A stretch of DNA of 64,000 nt from positions 248,001 to 312,000 of the forward strand of contig JAANOX010000144.1 in NCBI GenBank assembly GCA_020184695.1, written 5' to 3'. Position 1 is the stretch's first letter, and every line of letters begins with the position of its first letter. The DNA is from Histomonas meleagridis 2922-C6/04-290x. Lineage: Eukaryota; Protista; Parabasalia. The translations under genes and the position numbers were made by a program. Positions 11,754 to 23,100 of the stretch are shown in pieces. A model generated the notes under the pieces. It saw only the letters and a list, made by a program, of their open reading frames with translations, searched no databases and was not told the origin of the DNA.

Positions 11754-12047
11754 ATGCCTTTCCAAGCGAAACGATTATTTGTCTGGTGGAAAACTTTATT
11801 TGATCATTATGATGTTGAGAAAATTCCGAATACACTTTTGAGATTAATGCTTTTCGATAACATTCTTAGGTTTCATCCTACGCGATTATCTTTTGATTAT
11901 GAGTATACTGCTTGTGTTCTCATATTTTTATGTGAAAAAATTCATGGAGTGATAAAATGTGTGAATGAATTGATATATTTGCCAAAAGATGGTCGTGATT
12001 TAGCATTGTTTAGTTTTGTGGTAACTACAATGGACAAATATCCATAA
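11754..12047 (+). CDS. Small hypothetical protein
   Basis: 97-aa ATG-started ORF with higher GC than its flanks; no family recognised. Confidence 0.35.
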   Translation: MPFQAKRLFVWWKTLFDHYDVEKIPNTLLRLMLFDNILRFHPTRLSFDYEYTACVLIFLCEKIHGVIKCVNELIYLPKDGRDLALFSFVVTTMDKYP

Positions 12048-12275
12048 GAGGGTTTCTCCGAATTGTTGCAGTTTAGACATTTGTTGTTGGATGAAAAGCC
12101 GAAAATTAATTCCGCGAAAATGGCGATCTATATCCATTTGATTAAGTTCACTACTTATATTCCGTACTTGAGAGAAATTATATCGCCGGATATGTTTAAG
12201 GATTTGTTGATATAATACGACTGGCAAACAGTAATCGACTTCTTTATTGCGAAGTCGCGAACGGAAAAGCAACAT
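12000..12275 (-). CDS. Small hypothetical protein (convergent, 3' overlap with 11754-12047)
   Basis: ATG at 12275 (MLLFRSRL...); no family recognised. Confidence 0.3.
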   Translation of the reverse strand: MLLFRSRLRNKEVDYCLPVVLYQQILKHIRRYNFSQVRNISSELNQMDIDRHFRGINFRLFIQQQMSKLQQFGETLLWIFVHCSYHKTKQC

Positions 12276-12722
12276 GAAATTTTTAGAGAATAAATGTAAA
12301 TTAATTTGGTAATTTTTATTTAAAAAATATTTATTATTAATAAAAAACACAAAAATAATACAAATTAATATTTACAATGAATAAAATAAAAATTACATCA
12401 AGAAATAAATAAAAATTTTCACAAAATATAAAAATCACCTTATAAACAATGTTATTTTGGTTATGCATCTAGTGATTTTTAGTACAAAATTTCTAAAAAA
12501 TTTTATCACACGAAGAAATTTAACTTTTTTATATGTTATTGTAAATATCAAATTAGAATTCATAATGTGGTGCAAGCAGAAGGTTTCACATCAAAATTGT
12601 TAGAAAATCAAAATTTATATCAATACATTGATTTATAATGAATTAATGGAAGATAAATATGATTTGTCTGTGAAATTTTCCAAATATTTTAATTTTTATA
12701 AATATCAAACCATTTTTGATCG

Positions 12723-14635
12723 TTAAATCGATGTAAAATGTGTAACTTTTTTCTTCAACAAAAATTTGTTATTTATTAAATCGTTATAATAAACGTTAAA
12801 AAAGTAAAAAAAAAATTTGTGGGATTTTTTATCGTTTGATTTTTTATAATTAAGTAGTAATTTAACAATATTTTTATGATGGTGAAAAGATGCTTTTTTA
12901 ATTGCAGTTTTAAATTATGTAAAAAATTTCCAAATATTATTTTGAAATATAAAATTATTAAAATAAAATATTTACAAAACAGATAAATATCTTTAGAATT
13001 AACATCAATTCCTTCTTGTTCAAGAAGTAATTTGACTATTTCTGTGTGACCATTTAAAGATGCTATCATAAGTGCTGTCCAAATTAATATAAATAATTTC
13101 CAAATATTATTTTGAAATAGAAAATTATTTGAATAAATATTATACAGAGCATATAAATATCTTTAATATTAACATTAATTTCTTTACGTTTTAGAAGTAA
13201 TATAACTATATCCTTAGAATTACAATCAGATGCATGAAAAAGAGCTGTTTTAAATAATTAAAATAATTGCCAAATATTACATAAAAATTTGAAATTATTA
13301 TATTGAATTCGAAACAAGGAAAATAAATGTCTCTAATATTAACAGCAATTCCATCTTGTTCAAGAAGAAACTTGACAATTTCTGTACGACCTTTTTGAGA
13401 TGCTATCATAAGTTGTGTATAAAATATTATGATTAATTTCCGAATATTATCTAAAAATATCAAATTATTCAAAAAAAGTTTATACATTATTAATGAATAT
13501 CTTTGGCATTAATATCAATATCTGCAAGTTTAAAATCAACTTTAACAAGTTCAAAATTTTCTGATTTAAAAAAATTAATTAAAATGTCTTGAGTAATTTG
13601 ATAGTTGAGGAGAAAATATCCAACAAGATACAAGTTACCAAATCTTGCAGATTTATTAATAACAAACTCACTATTTTTCACAATTTCATCATTTAAAAAG
13701 GAAAGAATTTCATAACTTCCACTATAAATACAAGTGTTTAACAAATTACTATTATTCTCATTCAATATTTCAAATTGATTTTCTAATATATATTTAAAGA
13801 TATCATTTCTATGAAAAATAATTGCGGCTTCCAAAGAACCTTTAAATGATGAATGATTTTGTACACATAAATGAATAATTTCAAGATTTCCACCTGCAAC
13901 TGCATATTTACCTGTATTTTCTATATTTGCACCATTCATTAACAAAAATTTAAAACATTTAACTGAAGAAAAAAATGCTGCATAATCAATTAATGAAACT
14001 TCTTTTTGATTAATAAATGAACACCTTTCATAAAGTGATGGTTCAATTTTTTGATGAAAATCAAAATTTGTTTGTGATGAAATTTTTTGAAGTTTTTCGA
14101 TTTCATCATTTCGAATTATTTTAGCAATTTCATTTGGGTTATGTCCTTCTTTAATTAATTGCTTATGAAGTTCCCAATCATTATTTGAAAGTTCTTCGTA
14201 ATTCTTGGAAAAACTATCAATAATTTGAAAATAATTAGAATCAATTACATTTCGATTAATCATATGATCAACTATATAATATGTTTCTTGTGATTTAATT
14301 TTAGAAATATATTTGGCAAAAATTTCAATTATTTTCAGATAATTTTTGTTTAAATCTTCTTTTTTTTGAAGTAATTCAAAATAATTTAAATAAATATCTA
14401 TTTCATTCCGCAGTGATAAAAATGCAAAATAAACCAAATTACTGATGATAAAATTAAATGAAGATGGATAATTTGAATCAAATATTTTTAATGTATGTCG
14501 AACAGAGCGTTTAAGGTTTGCTTTTGTGATATTAAATATGATTTGTTCTAGTTTAATGAGCATTTTCATGTAGACTGATTGACGCTTAAATTCATCGTTC
14601 ACTGGGAAGATATTTGAATGAGTGTTCCTTTGCAT
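12723..14635 (-). CDS. DUF3447-like domain plus ankyrin-repeat protein, interrupted by 16 non-canonical 17-nt spacers (546 aa after removal)
   Basis: The N-terminal ORF has the SLIDYAAFFSSVKCFKFLLMNGA...GKYAVAGGN block typical of trichomonad ankyrin genes. Four 80-nt inserts at a 170-nt period. 1913 nt minus 16x17 = 1641 nt = 547 codons, ending at TAA 12725-12723. Confidence 0.8.
12909..13498 (-). other. Four 17-nt spacer / single-codon arrays (13419-13498, 13249-13328, 13079-13158, 12909-12988)
   Basis: Each is 80 nt = 4 x (17+3). The codons read KDGY, RQGK, NSGW and IYGK between Asp and Thr of successive repeats. Confidence 0.85.
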
Positions 14636-15251
14636 AGCTGCTAACAAGAGTGAACAACAAAAAGTGCAGTTTCAGGGTGAAAAATGAGAGGAAAATATGT
14701 AAACCTTGTAAAATCGGCTTTTCGTTGAATAAGTAACGATTAAAAATGATTCAATCACAAAAAATTAAAAATAAATAGCGAGAGGAATAATTATAAGTGA
14801 TATAACGAAACAAAACATCATCACTTCATTTCATAAATTATAAATATTTATACTCATGTAATTTAAAATTACATAGCAGAATCAATCGAAAATATATCAA
14901 AAGAATATCCATGATTTTTCTATTCTAAGATAAAATGTCGAATCCAGATCATATAATTCTAAAAAATGCAATTAAGAGATTTTCCAACTTTTTAATACAA
15001 AGTGAAATTACTTATCTATCATAAAGAAAATTAAAATTGAAATGGCTTAATATTTAACAAAGAGTATTAATAATTATTATAATTATGGAAATTTTTTGTG
15101 TTTACAATATAAAATTATAAATATATTGAATCATAAAACAATATTTTTTCGGCGGCGACCGTTTGTAGCAAGGGTGCCCTTAAGAAAATTACACCTCGAA
15201 ATTTGAGAATCTTCGTTTGCATTTTTGGCGGTTTTGTGTGGCCTTTTGGAA

Positions 15252-15560
15252 ATGGCTGAACTCGCTGTTGTCTATGCTGCTTTAATTCTCAACGATGACG
15301 GAATCGAAATTACAAGTGACAAACTCAACAAGCTCATCCAAACTGCAGGAGTAAAACTTGAATCATATTGGATTGATCTTTTTGCAGAATACTTCAAGAC
15401 ACACAATGTTACTGACCTCGTTAAGGGAGGAGCACTTGGAGGCGCTGCTCCAGCTGGTGGTGCTTCAACAGGTGCTGCTGAAGAAACAAAGGAAGAAGAA
15501 AAGAAGGAAGAAGAAGAAGTTGTTGAAATGACAGGTGGCTTTGACGATCTCTTCGATTAA
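15252..15560 (+). CDS. RPLP1: 60S acidic ribosomal protein P1
   Basis: MAELAVVYAALILNDDGIEITSDKLNKLI, Ala/Gly hinge, acidic tail ending GGFDDLFD; first ATG at 15252. Confidence 0.93.
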   Translation: MAELAVVYAALILNDDGIEITSDKLNKLIQTAGVKLESYWIDLFAEYFKTHNVTDLVKGGALGGAAPAGGASTGAAEETKEEEKKEEEEVVEMTGGFDDLFD

Positions 15561-15857
15561 GTAAATGATTTGACTGGATACAATTGGTGTTATTTTAACT
15601 TTATATTTTTTTTAAGGCATTAATTGCCTTAAAATGTATTTACGATTTGATATAGGTAATGAACAACTATAGTTTTGATTTGACATAATATATATTATGT
15701 AAATTTGTGATTTGCATAAATACTTTTTTCAAAATTGAAAAAATCAATTCTATGTTTTGCAAATTTGGTAAGCATTAATGATTAAAATGCTAACTTAAAG
15801 GTATGTGGTTCAAAGTCAAACTCAAGTTGGATTTATGGCGTTTATTGTTGGACAAAA

Positions 15858-18800
15858 ATGAAGAAGTTTTGCTCTTTGGAAAAGAGCAAAGAAATTAAAA
15901 CACCTCCAATTGAACAAATTCTTTCCTCTATTACACATGATCAAAATAAGGTATTTTTTGAAGCAGCAAATTCGATTTTCTTTTGCAATGCAATTAATGA
16001 GAATTATGCATTAACATCACTTAGAGAAATATTTTTGTTTTCACCATTGTCAAGGGTAATGTCTGAAAGCGAAATGACTCCTGTAAATTCATATAAATGG
16101 ATCTATCTCATTAATTCAATTACATTAAAAACAATATCCAAAGACCCTGAGCTTGAAATAGGGAAAACACTATTTGTAATACACAGTTATTTTGAAATTA
16201 TATGTAAAATAAATCTTTCAGATATTTTTTCAATTCCTTTTTTATCAGCAATTCTCATTGCAGTATCCAAAATTCTAAGTAAATACAAAATAAATGTAGA
16301 TGATTATATTACACTAGAATTAATATCTCGGTTACAAACTTTATTGAATATTGATAATTCTAATATTCCACAAATAAAAATTTCAATATTGGATTTTTCT
16401 GTTCCTTTACTATTCGAATATTTATCCCCTCTTCCACTTACTGAATTACCAGTCTCAGATTTATTTTCAGAACCAAAAACTATTCTTACGTTTTCCATTT
16501 TAAAACTGATCAATTCATTATATACATCATCAAAAATCTCAATTAATACCTTTGAATCAGAAATATATATATTTTATGATCATGTTATCATGTTATCAAA
16601 AGATTTAGAGAATTTTTTTTTCCAATCATTAAATAATTTTGATGTTGAAAACTTTCAGCAAAATTTGAAAAAACTTCATTTTGAAAAGATATCGAAAAGT
16701 ATTATTAAATGTTATGATGAATCCGAAATGTTCACAATATCAATTAATGATATTAATAAAAAATTAACAAAAAATTTGCAAATTTTAAAATTTTTTTCTA
16801 AAAACGAAACAACATTTACTAAAGAAAACTTTTCATTCGGTAATATCATCGATAAATTAATAAATTCGGAATTATTTAAATCATATGACAATTATTATAT
16901 TATCACATTATCAATTGATATTTTAATTAATTTAAATTATCAATTGATAGAACCCGAAAATGTATTAAATTTGTTGATTTATAATTCAACAAAAGTTCGA
17001 AATAAAACATTAAAATTAATTTCATTACAAAAAAATAAGTTATCAATTGAACAAATTAAAAAACATTTAACAAATGTAATTAAATATGGATCAATTTCAT
17101 ACGAATTCTTTTATTTTCTTGAATCATATATAAACTCGGATATTATTAACTTTTTAATAACTTCAATAATGAATACTAATAATAAAATAAAAGAAAATAA
17201 TAATAAAAACGATTTTATTGTTCAAAATATTTGTACAAATTGTTTTAATAAAGAAAAACATTTTACTCATTTTAAACTTGAAGATTTTTCATCAAAAGTA
17301 ATTTCGGTTAATAATGAGCAACTAATTAAATTTAAGTTTCCTTTAATTATTAAATCGATTTATTTGGGTTATTCGCAAATATCAAAAGCTCGAAGTTTAA
17401 GAAGAATTTCAATTTATATAAATGAAGATATGAAATTCCTTAAAACATTTTATATACCAAAAGATAAAAGATCAATTAAAATACATTTGAAATTCCCACA
17501 ATATATAACGAGATTAAAAATTGTTTATAATGATTTTTGGGATAATAAACCTATAGATCCATATATTAAATGTCATAACTCATATATAAATCAATTGTTT
17601 TGTAAATGGTGTGGGAAATCGCCTTTTTTGAAGACATCACTTATGGTATCTGCAATAAAATCGAATTTTTTAATTACAAATGAAGAAGATTATAAAAACG
17701 AAATTATAAAGTGTAATCAAAAACAAAAAGAAATAGAAAAACTTTTAAATGTTTATAAAAACATAAATCAAAATGATATTTATCAACAACTAATAAATAA
17801 TCTTCAAGAGTTAAAAGTTTTAAGAATTTCTATATATAAATATAAAAATATAAATTTAATACCTAATGAAATAAATAATTGTTTTCATTGTATGTATCAA
17901 TATATTCATAATTGTTTTTATTATTTAGAAAAAATCATAAATTACACAACTATAAATATGTTCCCTAATTCATTTGTTGATTTTTTAATTGATTTCTTTA
18001 AAAATGATGAGTTTTCTAATGATGTTTGTAATGTTTTATATAAAATCTCTATTTATGATATAAGATGTTTATATAAAATTTCTGATTTTATTATAAATTC
18101 ATTACCAAATATATCAATAGAATTTGTTGAGTTGATTTCAAAATCTGGAACAATATATGATGATTTTAAATCATATAGATTTGAATGTTTACTTGATGCA
18201 TGTTATAAGTTAATAAATTCATCGAATTCTATTTTAATTTATCTTTCTCCAATTATTAAAGCAATAATTACATCAAAATTAATTATTTCTGATTCTGTTA
18301 CTTTAAAGAAATGTTTATTCTTTAAGAAAACATCAAAAATTGATCCAATTACATTAATATTAAATGAGAATTTTCTTAAATTATTATTACAAAATCAATC
18401 AAATGAAATACAAAATTATATAATAGATTTGATAAAAATGACTTCAAAGTTATCTCAAAATCATTACAATCAAATTTATGATTTTGTTTTTTCTTTGTTT
18501 AATAAACAGAATGAATTTAAATCTGTTTTAATTAATATTTTATTGCATTTAATTTCAACTAATAAAAATAAACAAAGAGAAATAATTAAAAGTCAATTTT
18601 TTGATGAAATTATAAATTTATTTTTAAATGAAGTTAATAATATAATAACTTTAAAAAATAAAATATTTTTTGATTCAACATTTGGTGAGTTATCGTATAA
18701 TTATATTAAATTTATTTCATTTTTATTGGAATATGATCTTTATTTAAGATATATAATATTACATAAACCAAATTTAATTACAATAATTTTAAATTCATAT

Positions 18801-21284
18801 TTTCAACTTAAATATGTAAATAATTTTTCATCTGAATTCATTAATGATACAATAAAACTCATAAAATCTTTAATAAATCGATTAATAAAACCTGAAATTA
18901 ATATTGCGAATCATTTAGAGAATGAAACATTTAATGTTTCGAATATTAATGGCCAAAAAATAACATTAAAAAATTATATTTCATCAATTAAATTAAATCC
19001 ACCAAAAGTTATTACTGAAATTTATGAGTTAATTTTTACACAAAAGAAAACATTAAATGTTCCATTAATAATGCAAAAATCATTAACACAAATCGATTAT
19101 ATTCCGAATAATTTACCACAAAAAATCATTTATTCAAATCAAATTGGTAATATATTTAATGATATCAAAATAAAATTTTGTAAAATACTTAAAATGGAAT
19201 CATTAATTAATGAAAAGAATTCATGTGAATTACTTGTTGATAATAAAATTATATCATTAAATCTGAAAATTGAAGATGTTTATAAACAAATTTGGATGAA
19301 ATCTTATGGCAATACTCCAATGATTGTTATATTCAGAATTAAAGGTTTAGATGGAGAAGCAACAGAACCAATGATAAATCATTTACAAGTTCAAAATGAT
19401 AATTTAGAAATCGAATTTAATTATTCAATAGTATTATGTGAATCAAATGGATTTAAACTTTTATTTGATGAATTAAATAAATTAAATCAATTAAATTTAA
19501 TCGAAAAAGTTATAAACATGATTTTAGCATTTATAAATATTAAAGAAAACAAAATGGAAATTATTCATATTAATGGTGTTATATATTTATTTAATCTTTT
19601 AAAACGATTATCAAAAGATATAAATTGTCCAAAGAAATTAACAAAAAATATTATTATAATAATATATGAATTAATAAAAGAAAATAAAAATTCTATAAAG
19701 AATCCAAACGAATTTATAAGTTTTATACTTGATTTAATTACAAATTCGAAAAAATTTGTAAAAAATAATAAAGAAATACTTTTAATATTGGCAAACATTT
19801 TAAGTGACAATGAAATTATCAATAAAATAATTTCATTTTTCAAAATAAAATTTGAAAATAATCAAATGGAAAGTTCAAAATATATTTATTACTTAGATAT
19901 ATTTTCTGAGTTTTTACTTTATTTACCTATTTCAAATGAAGGAAATCAATTTCGCAATAAAATTTCTAATGAAACATTTATAATAAACATATTTTCATAT
20001 ATAATGAAATTGTTTCCACTTGAAATAGGTAAGAAATCTGAGAAATGGAATAATTCATCTAAAGTTCCATCATTACCTTTTATACTTAAACTTATTTCAG
20101 GAGCAGTTCGAGGTAATTCATTAATGCAACAATATTTTGTTGAAGATGATTATTATTTATTAAAAACATTTTTCGAACTTGAAGAACTTTCTTCTGAAGC
20201 ATCAATTGGAGAATTTGCTAAAGAAGTTATTAAAAGTTGTAAAATGCCACCATCGATTTGTATTGATTTTATTGATAATTATAAAGAACAAAAAATTAAA
20301 CATAACAAAGAAATAGCGCAACAACAAAAAGAAAATATAATTCATAAATCAAATTTATTGATAAATTCAAATTCATTACTAAAACAAATTAATGAACTTA
20401 AAGAGCAAGTTTGGGAATGTTGTATATGTAAAGAAGGATATGAATCATTACCTAATGAATTACTTGGCATATATGTATATGTACATTTGGATAAAATTAC
20501 AAATGTTTCCAATACTGCAACTTATTTCGTGTTTATTCATCCTTCTTGTCATATGATTGAAAACGCATTAAATTATGAAAATGGAAGTGAATGGGAAAGA
20601 GCTTTATTAAGGAATTGTGAACATCCTTGTAATAGTATTTTCCCGATACCGAATTCATCGATTCCTATGAATTTGTATTGTGATGAATTAAAGAAATTCA
20701 TTAATGGGTTTAATAATGTGAGAAAAAATGAGTATTTTGAGATTATATTTAATGACTTAAAAAAACATTTGATAATTGTTTCTAATAATGAAATAATTCC
20801 TTATGAATTCGGTGGTGGTTCTTTTGAATCAATTGTTGCTTTTTGGCCTTTTTTAATTTTTGCTGGTTGTGTATTAATTGATGAAACTAAAATAGAAAAA
20901 TATGAAAATCAAATTAAAAATAATGAAATTGATATAAAAAGTTTATTAGTTTTATCTATTTGGTTAATGAGTTATAATGTATGGATAAAGTTAAAACTTG
21001 ATTATCTGAAAAAATTATTAAAATTCGATATTAACATGCGAAATTGTTTGATGTTTTTCATTATAATTGATAGAATGCATAATTTGATTCATGAGAAAAA
21101 AGATGTTTTGATTTGTAATGATGAATTCTTTAATAAAATTAGGGAAAACGGACCAAAAGTTGTCGATGAATGGACTGAATTTGCAGATAAGTTGAAAGAA
21201 GATTTATTAAATGAAAAAGAAATTGAAAATCTTTTTCATATTGCAGGTGTGGAAAACAAAAATATAGAAGAATGGTTGAAATAA
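15858..21284 (+). CDS. UBR4: Compact UBR4/p600-like E3 ubiquitin ligase
   Basis: LLVDNKIISLNLKIEDVYKQIW, PMIVIFRIKGLDGEATEPMI, CCICKEGY, FIHPSCH and WERALLRNCEHPCNSIFP match the UBR4 UBL and hemiRING C-terminal region. Confidence 0.78.
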   Translation: MKKFCSLEKSKEIKTPPIEQILSSITHDQNKVFFEAANSIFFCNAINENYALTSLREIFLFSPLSRVMSESEMTPVNSYKWIYLINSITLKTISKDPELEIGKTLFVIHSYFEIICKINLSDIFSIPFLSAILIAVSKILSKYKINVDDYITLELISRLQTLLNIDNSNIPQIKISILDFSVPLLFEYLSPLPLTELPVSDLFSEPKTILTFSILKLINSLYTSSKISINTFESEIYIFYDHVIMLSKDLENFFFQSLNNFDVENFQQNLKKLHFEKISKSIIKCYDESEMFTISINDINKKLTKNLQILKFFSKNETTFTKENFSFGNIIDKLINSELFKSYDNYYIITLSIDILINLNYQLIEPENVLNLLIYNSTKVRNKTLKLISLQKNKLSIEQIKKHLTNVIKYGSISYEFFYFLESYINSDIINFLITSIMNTNNKIKENNNKNDFIVQNICTNCFNKEKHFTHFKLEDFSSKVISVNNEQLIKFKFPLIIKSIYLGYSQISKARSLRRISIYINEDMKFLKTFYIPKDKRSIKIHLKFPQYITRLKIVYNDFWDNKPIDPYIKCHNSYINQLFCKWCGKSPFLKTSLMVSAIKSNFLITNEEDYKNEIIKCNQKQKEIEKLLNVYKNINQNDIYQQLINNLQELKVLRISIYKYKNINLIPNEINNCFHCMYQYIHNCFYYLEKIINYTTINMFPNSFVDFLIDFFKNDEFSNDVCNVLYKISIYDIRCLYKISDFIINSLPNISIEFVELISKSGTIYDDFKSYRFECLLDACYKLINSSNSILIYLSPIIKAIITSKLIISDSVTLKKCLFFKKTSKIDPITLILNENFLKLLLQNQSNEIQNYIIDLIKMTSKLSQNHYNQIYDFVFSLFNKQNEFKSVLINILLHLISTNKNKQREIIKSQFFDEIINLFLNEVNNIITLKNKIFFDSTFGELSYNYIKFISFLLEYDLYLRYIILHKPNLITIILNSYFQLKYVNNFSSEFINDTIKLIKSLINRLIKPEINIANHLENETFNVSNINGQKITLKNYISSIKLNPPKVITEIYELIFTQKKTLNVPLIMQKSLTQIDYIPNNLPQKIIYSNQIGNIFNDIKIKFCKILKMESLINEKNSCELLVDNKIISLNLKIEDVYKQIWMKSYGNTPMIVIFRIKGLDGEATEPMINHLQVQNDNLEIEFNYSIVLCESNGFKLLFDELNKLNQLNLIEKVINMILAFINIKENKMEIIHINGVIYLFNLLKRLSKDINCPKKLTKNIIIIIYELIKENKNSIKNPNEFISFILDLITNSKKFVKNNKEILLILANILSDNEIINKIISFFKIKFENNQMESSKYIYYLDIFSEFLLYLPISNEGNQFRNKISNETFIINIFSYIMKLFPLEIGKKSEKWNNSSKVPSLPFILKLISGAVRGNSLMQQYFVEDDYYLLKTFFELEELSSEASIGEFAKEVIKSCKMPPSICIDFIDNYKEQKIKHNKEIAQQQKENIIHKSNLLINSNSLLKQINELKEQVWECCICKEGYESLPNELLGIYVYVHLDKITNVSNTATYFVFIHPSCHMIENALNYENGSEWERALLRNCEHPCNSIFPIPNSSIPMNLYCDELKKFINGFNNVRKNEYFEIIFNDLKKHLIIVSNNEIIPYEFGGGSFESIVAFWPFLIFAGCVLIDETKIEKYENQIKNNEIDIKSLLVLSIWLMSYNVWIKLKLDYLKKLLKFDINMRNCLMFFIIIDRMHNLIHEKKDVLICNDEFFNKIRENGPKVVDEWTEFADKLKEDLLNEKEIENLFHIAGVENKNIEEWLK

Positions 21285-21429
21285 AATGTTAATTAAATTT
21301 ATTTTATTTGTGTTTTATTCATAACTTTAGTTTTATAGATAAACTGATTTCAATAAATTTATTAAGTAATTACTTTATCATTCATGAATGTTCGTTAAAA
21401 TATAAAGATTATTTTTGGGAAAATTATTA

Positions 21430-22329
21430 CGACATTTGGTGGTTCAGCATTTTCTTTCTGTTAATCAATAAAAAATATTGCAATTTCAAATCCAGTAATA
21501 ATAATTGGAAGTTATGCATTTTCATTATGTCCAAATTTAATGATATTAACACTTGGATATGGAATTAAAAGAATTAGAGGTCCCGCATTCTCGGACTGTT
21601 ATAATCTACAATGTATCGATTATTGTGAAAATTTATAACCAGATATTGATATGAATGCATTTTTATAAATTACGGTAAGTGTTAACATATACAACATATG
21701 AAAACGCAACATTTGGAAATTTATATGGTAAAAATTATACGGAAGGAATTTGTATCCAACATATGCATTTACTAATTCAAATACATTTATACAATCGAAT
21801 ATATTAAAGCAATCAAATGTAAAAAAAATAATTCAATTGCATTTGGTGTTAAATCTATTTTCTGAGCACATAAATGATGTATTAAAATCATTTTCATATT
21901 AATTTAATTATACTTTATCAATTACACATTCATCAACTATTTATAAAATGCGAACAAAATCATTTTCTTTATATATAGTTAATTCATTATTATTAAATAT
22001 TGAAAAGGAATTCCTCAATTGCTATTTAAACAGCACATAACAATTTTTATTCGAATTTCTTTAAAATGTTTTGCACAAGTAATTCACAAATGAATAATAA
22101 TAAAACGACAATTATCATGGTAATTGCTTGTTGTAATCATTATAATAGTAACATTACTTATTATGTTATTAATTCGTATTCGAAATTAAAAGGAAATGAA
22201 AATGAAAACTCAGAACACAACGAAGATGAAACAGTATATATATTTACAACGGGAATAAACATATCAAATGTTGAAGAAGATTCATTTGCAGATGATTATA
22301 TAGAAGACAAATTTATTGAACGAATATAA
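21430..22329 (+). pseudogene. Decayed BspA-type LRR surface protein gene
   Basis: GGSAFSFC*SIKNIAISNPVIIIGSYAFSLCPNL...IRGPAFSDCYNL contains stops. A hydrophobic stretch and acidic tail (EEDSFADDYIEDKFIERI*) follow at 22066-22329. Boundaries are approximate. Confidence 0.55.
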
Positions 22330-23100
22330 TTTTTGTAAAATTAAATGAAAACACAGCATTTATTGCTATTTCTAATTGGCATTAATTATTCCAAATGTAA
22401 AATATGAGTTAGGCACTGAAGAATATATGTCTCATTTTTTATTTCAAATTCTTTTTGATATATGCACATTTTTAATTAAAGAAAAGGAAGAAAATTTGAA
22501 ATGATAAACTAATAATATTTAAACTCAGAAACACATGTATTTGATGAGCCAATTAATCAAATATGTTTATTATTTTTTCTTCTTCTTTTGAATCTCGATC
22601 TTAAATAGAGGTAAGATCCCCCAACATACACATTGGTTGAAAACCGTTAATGACATGGGAAATTTCAAAAACAACGCCTGATCAAGCTTGTGAAAAGAAT
22701 TTCTTTTAATTGACAAATTTTATGACTTGAGCTGAACGTCCTAAACAAATATTTGTTGGCGATTTACAAGATTTTTCACTCAAAAATCAATTGAAAACCC
22801 AGCGTTGCGACGAAATTTCAATGTAGTATATTGAAAAATTTTTGTTGACAAAATCTGCTTCGTCTCAATTATTTTCAATATTCATCTCTCATTTTTCACA
22901 ATGAATTTAGCCGGCCAAACTCATAAGCAAAATAAATAAACGTCCTCTCAGCGGTGATTTAAAATCAATTATTTCTCAATATAACATTCATTAATTTAGT
23001 AAAAAATAATTTTAAATATATATATATATATAAATATTTTTTATTTTTTTAATCACATTTTGCAAGACCGAAATATTATTCAAAAACACAAATATTTGTG

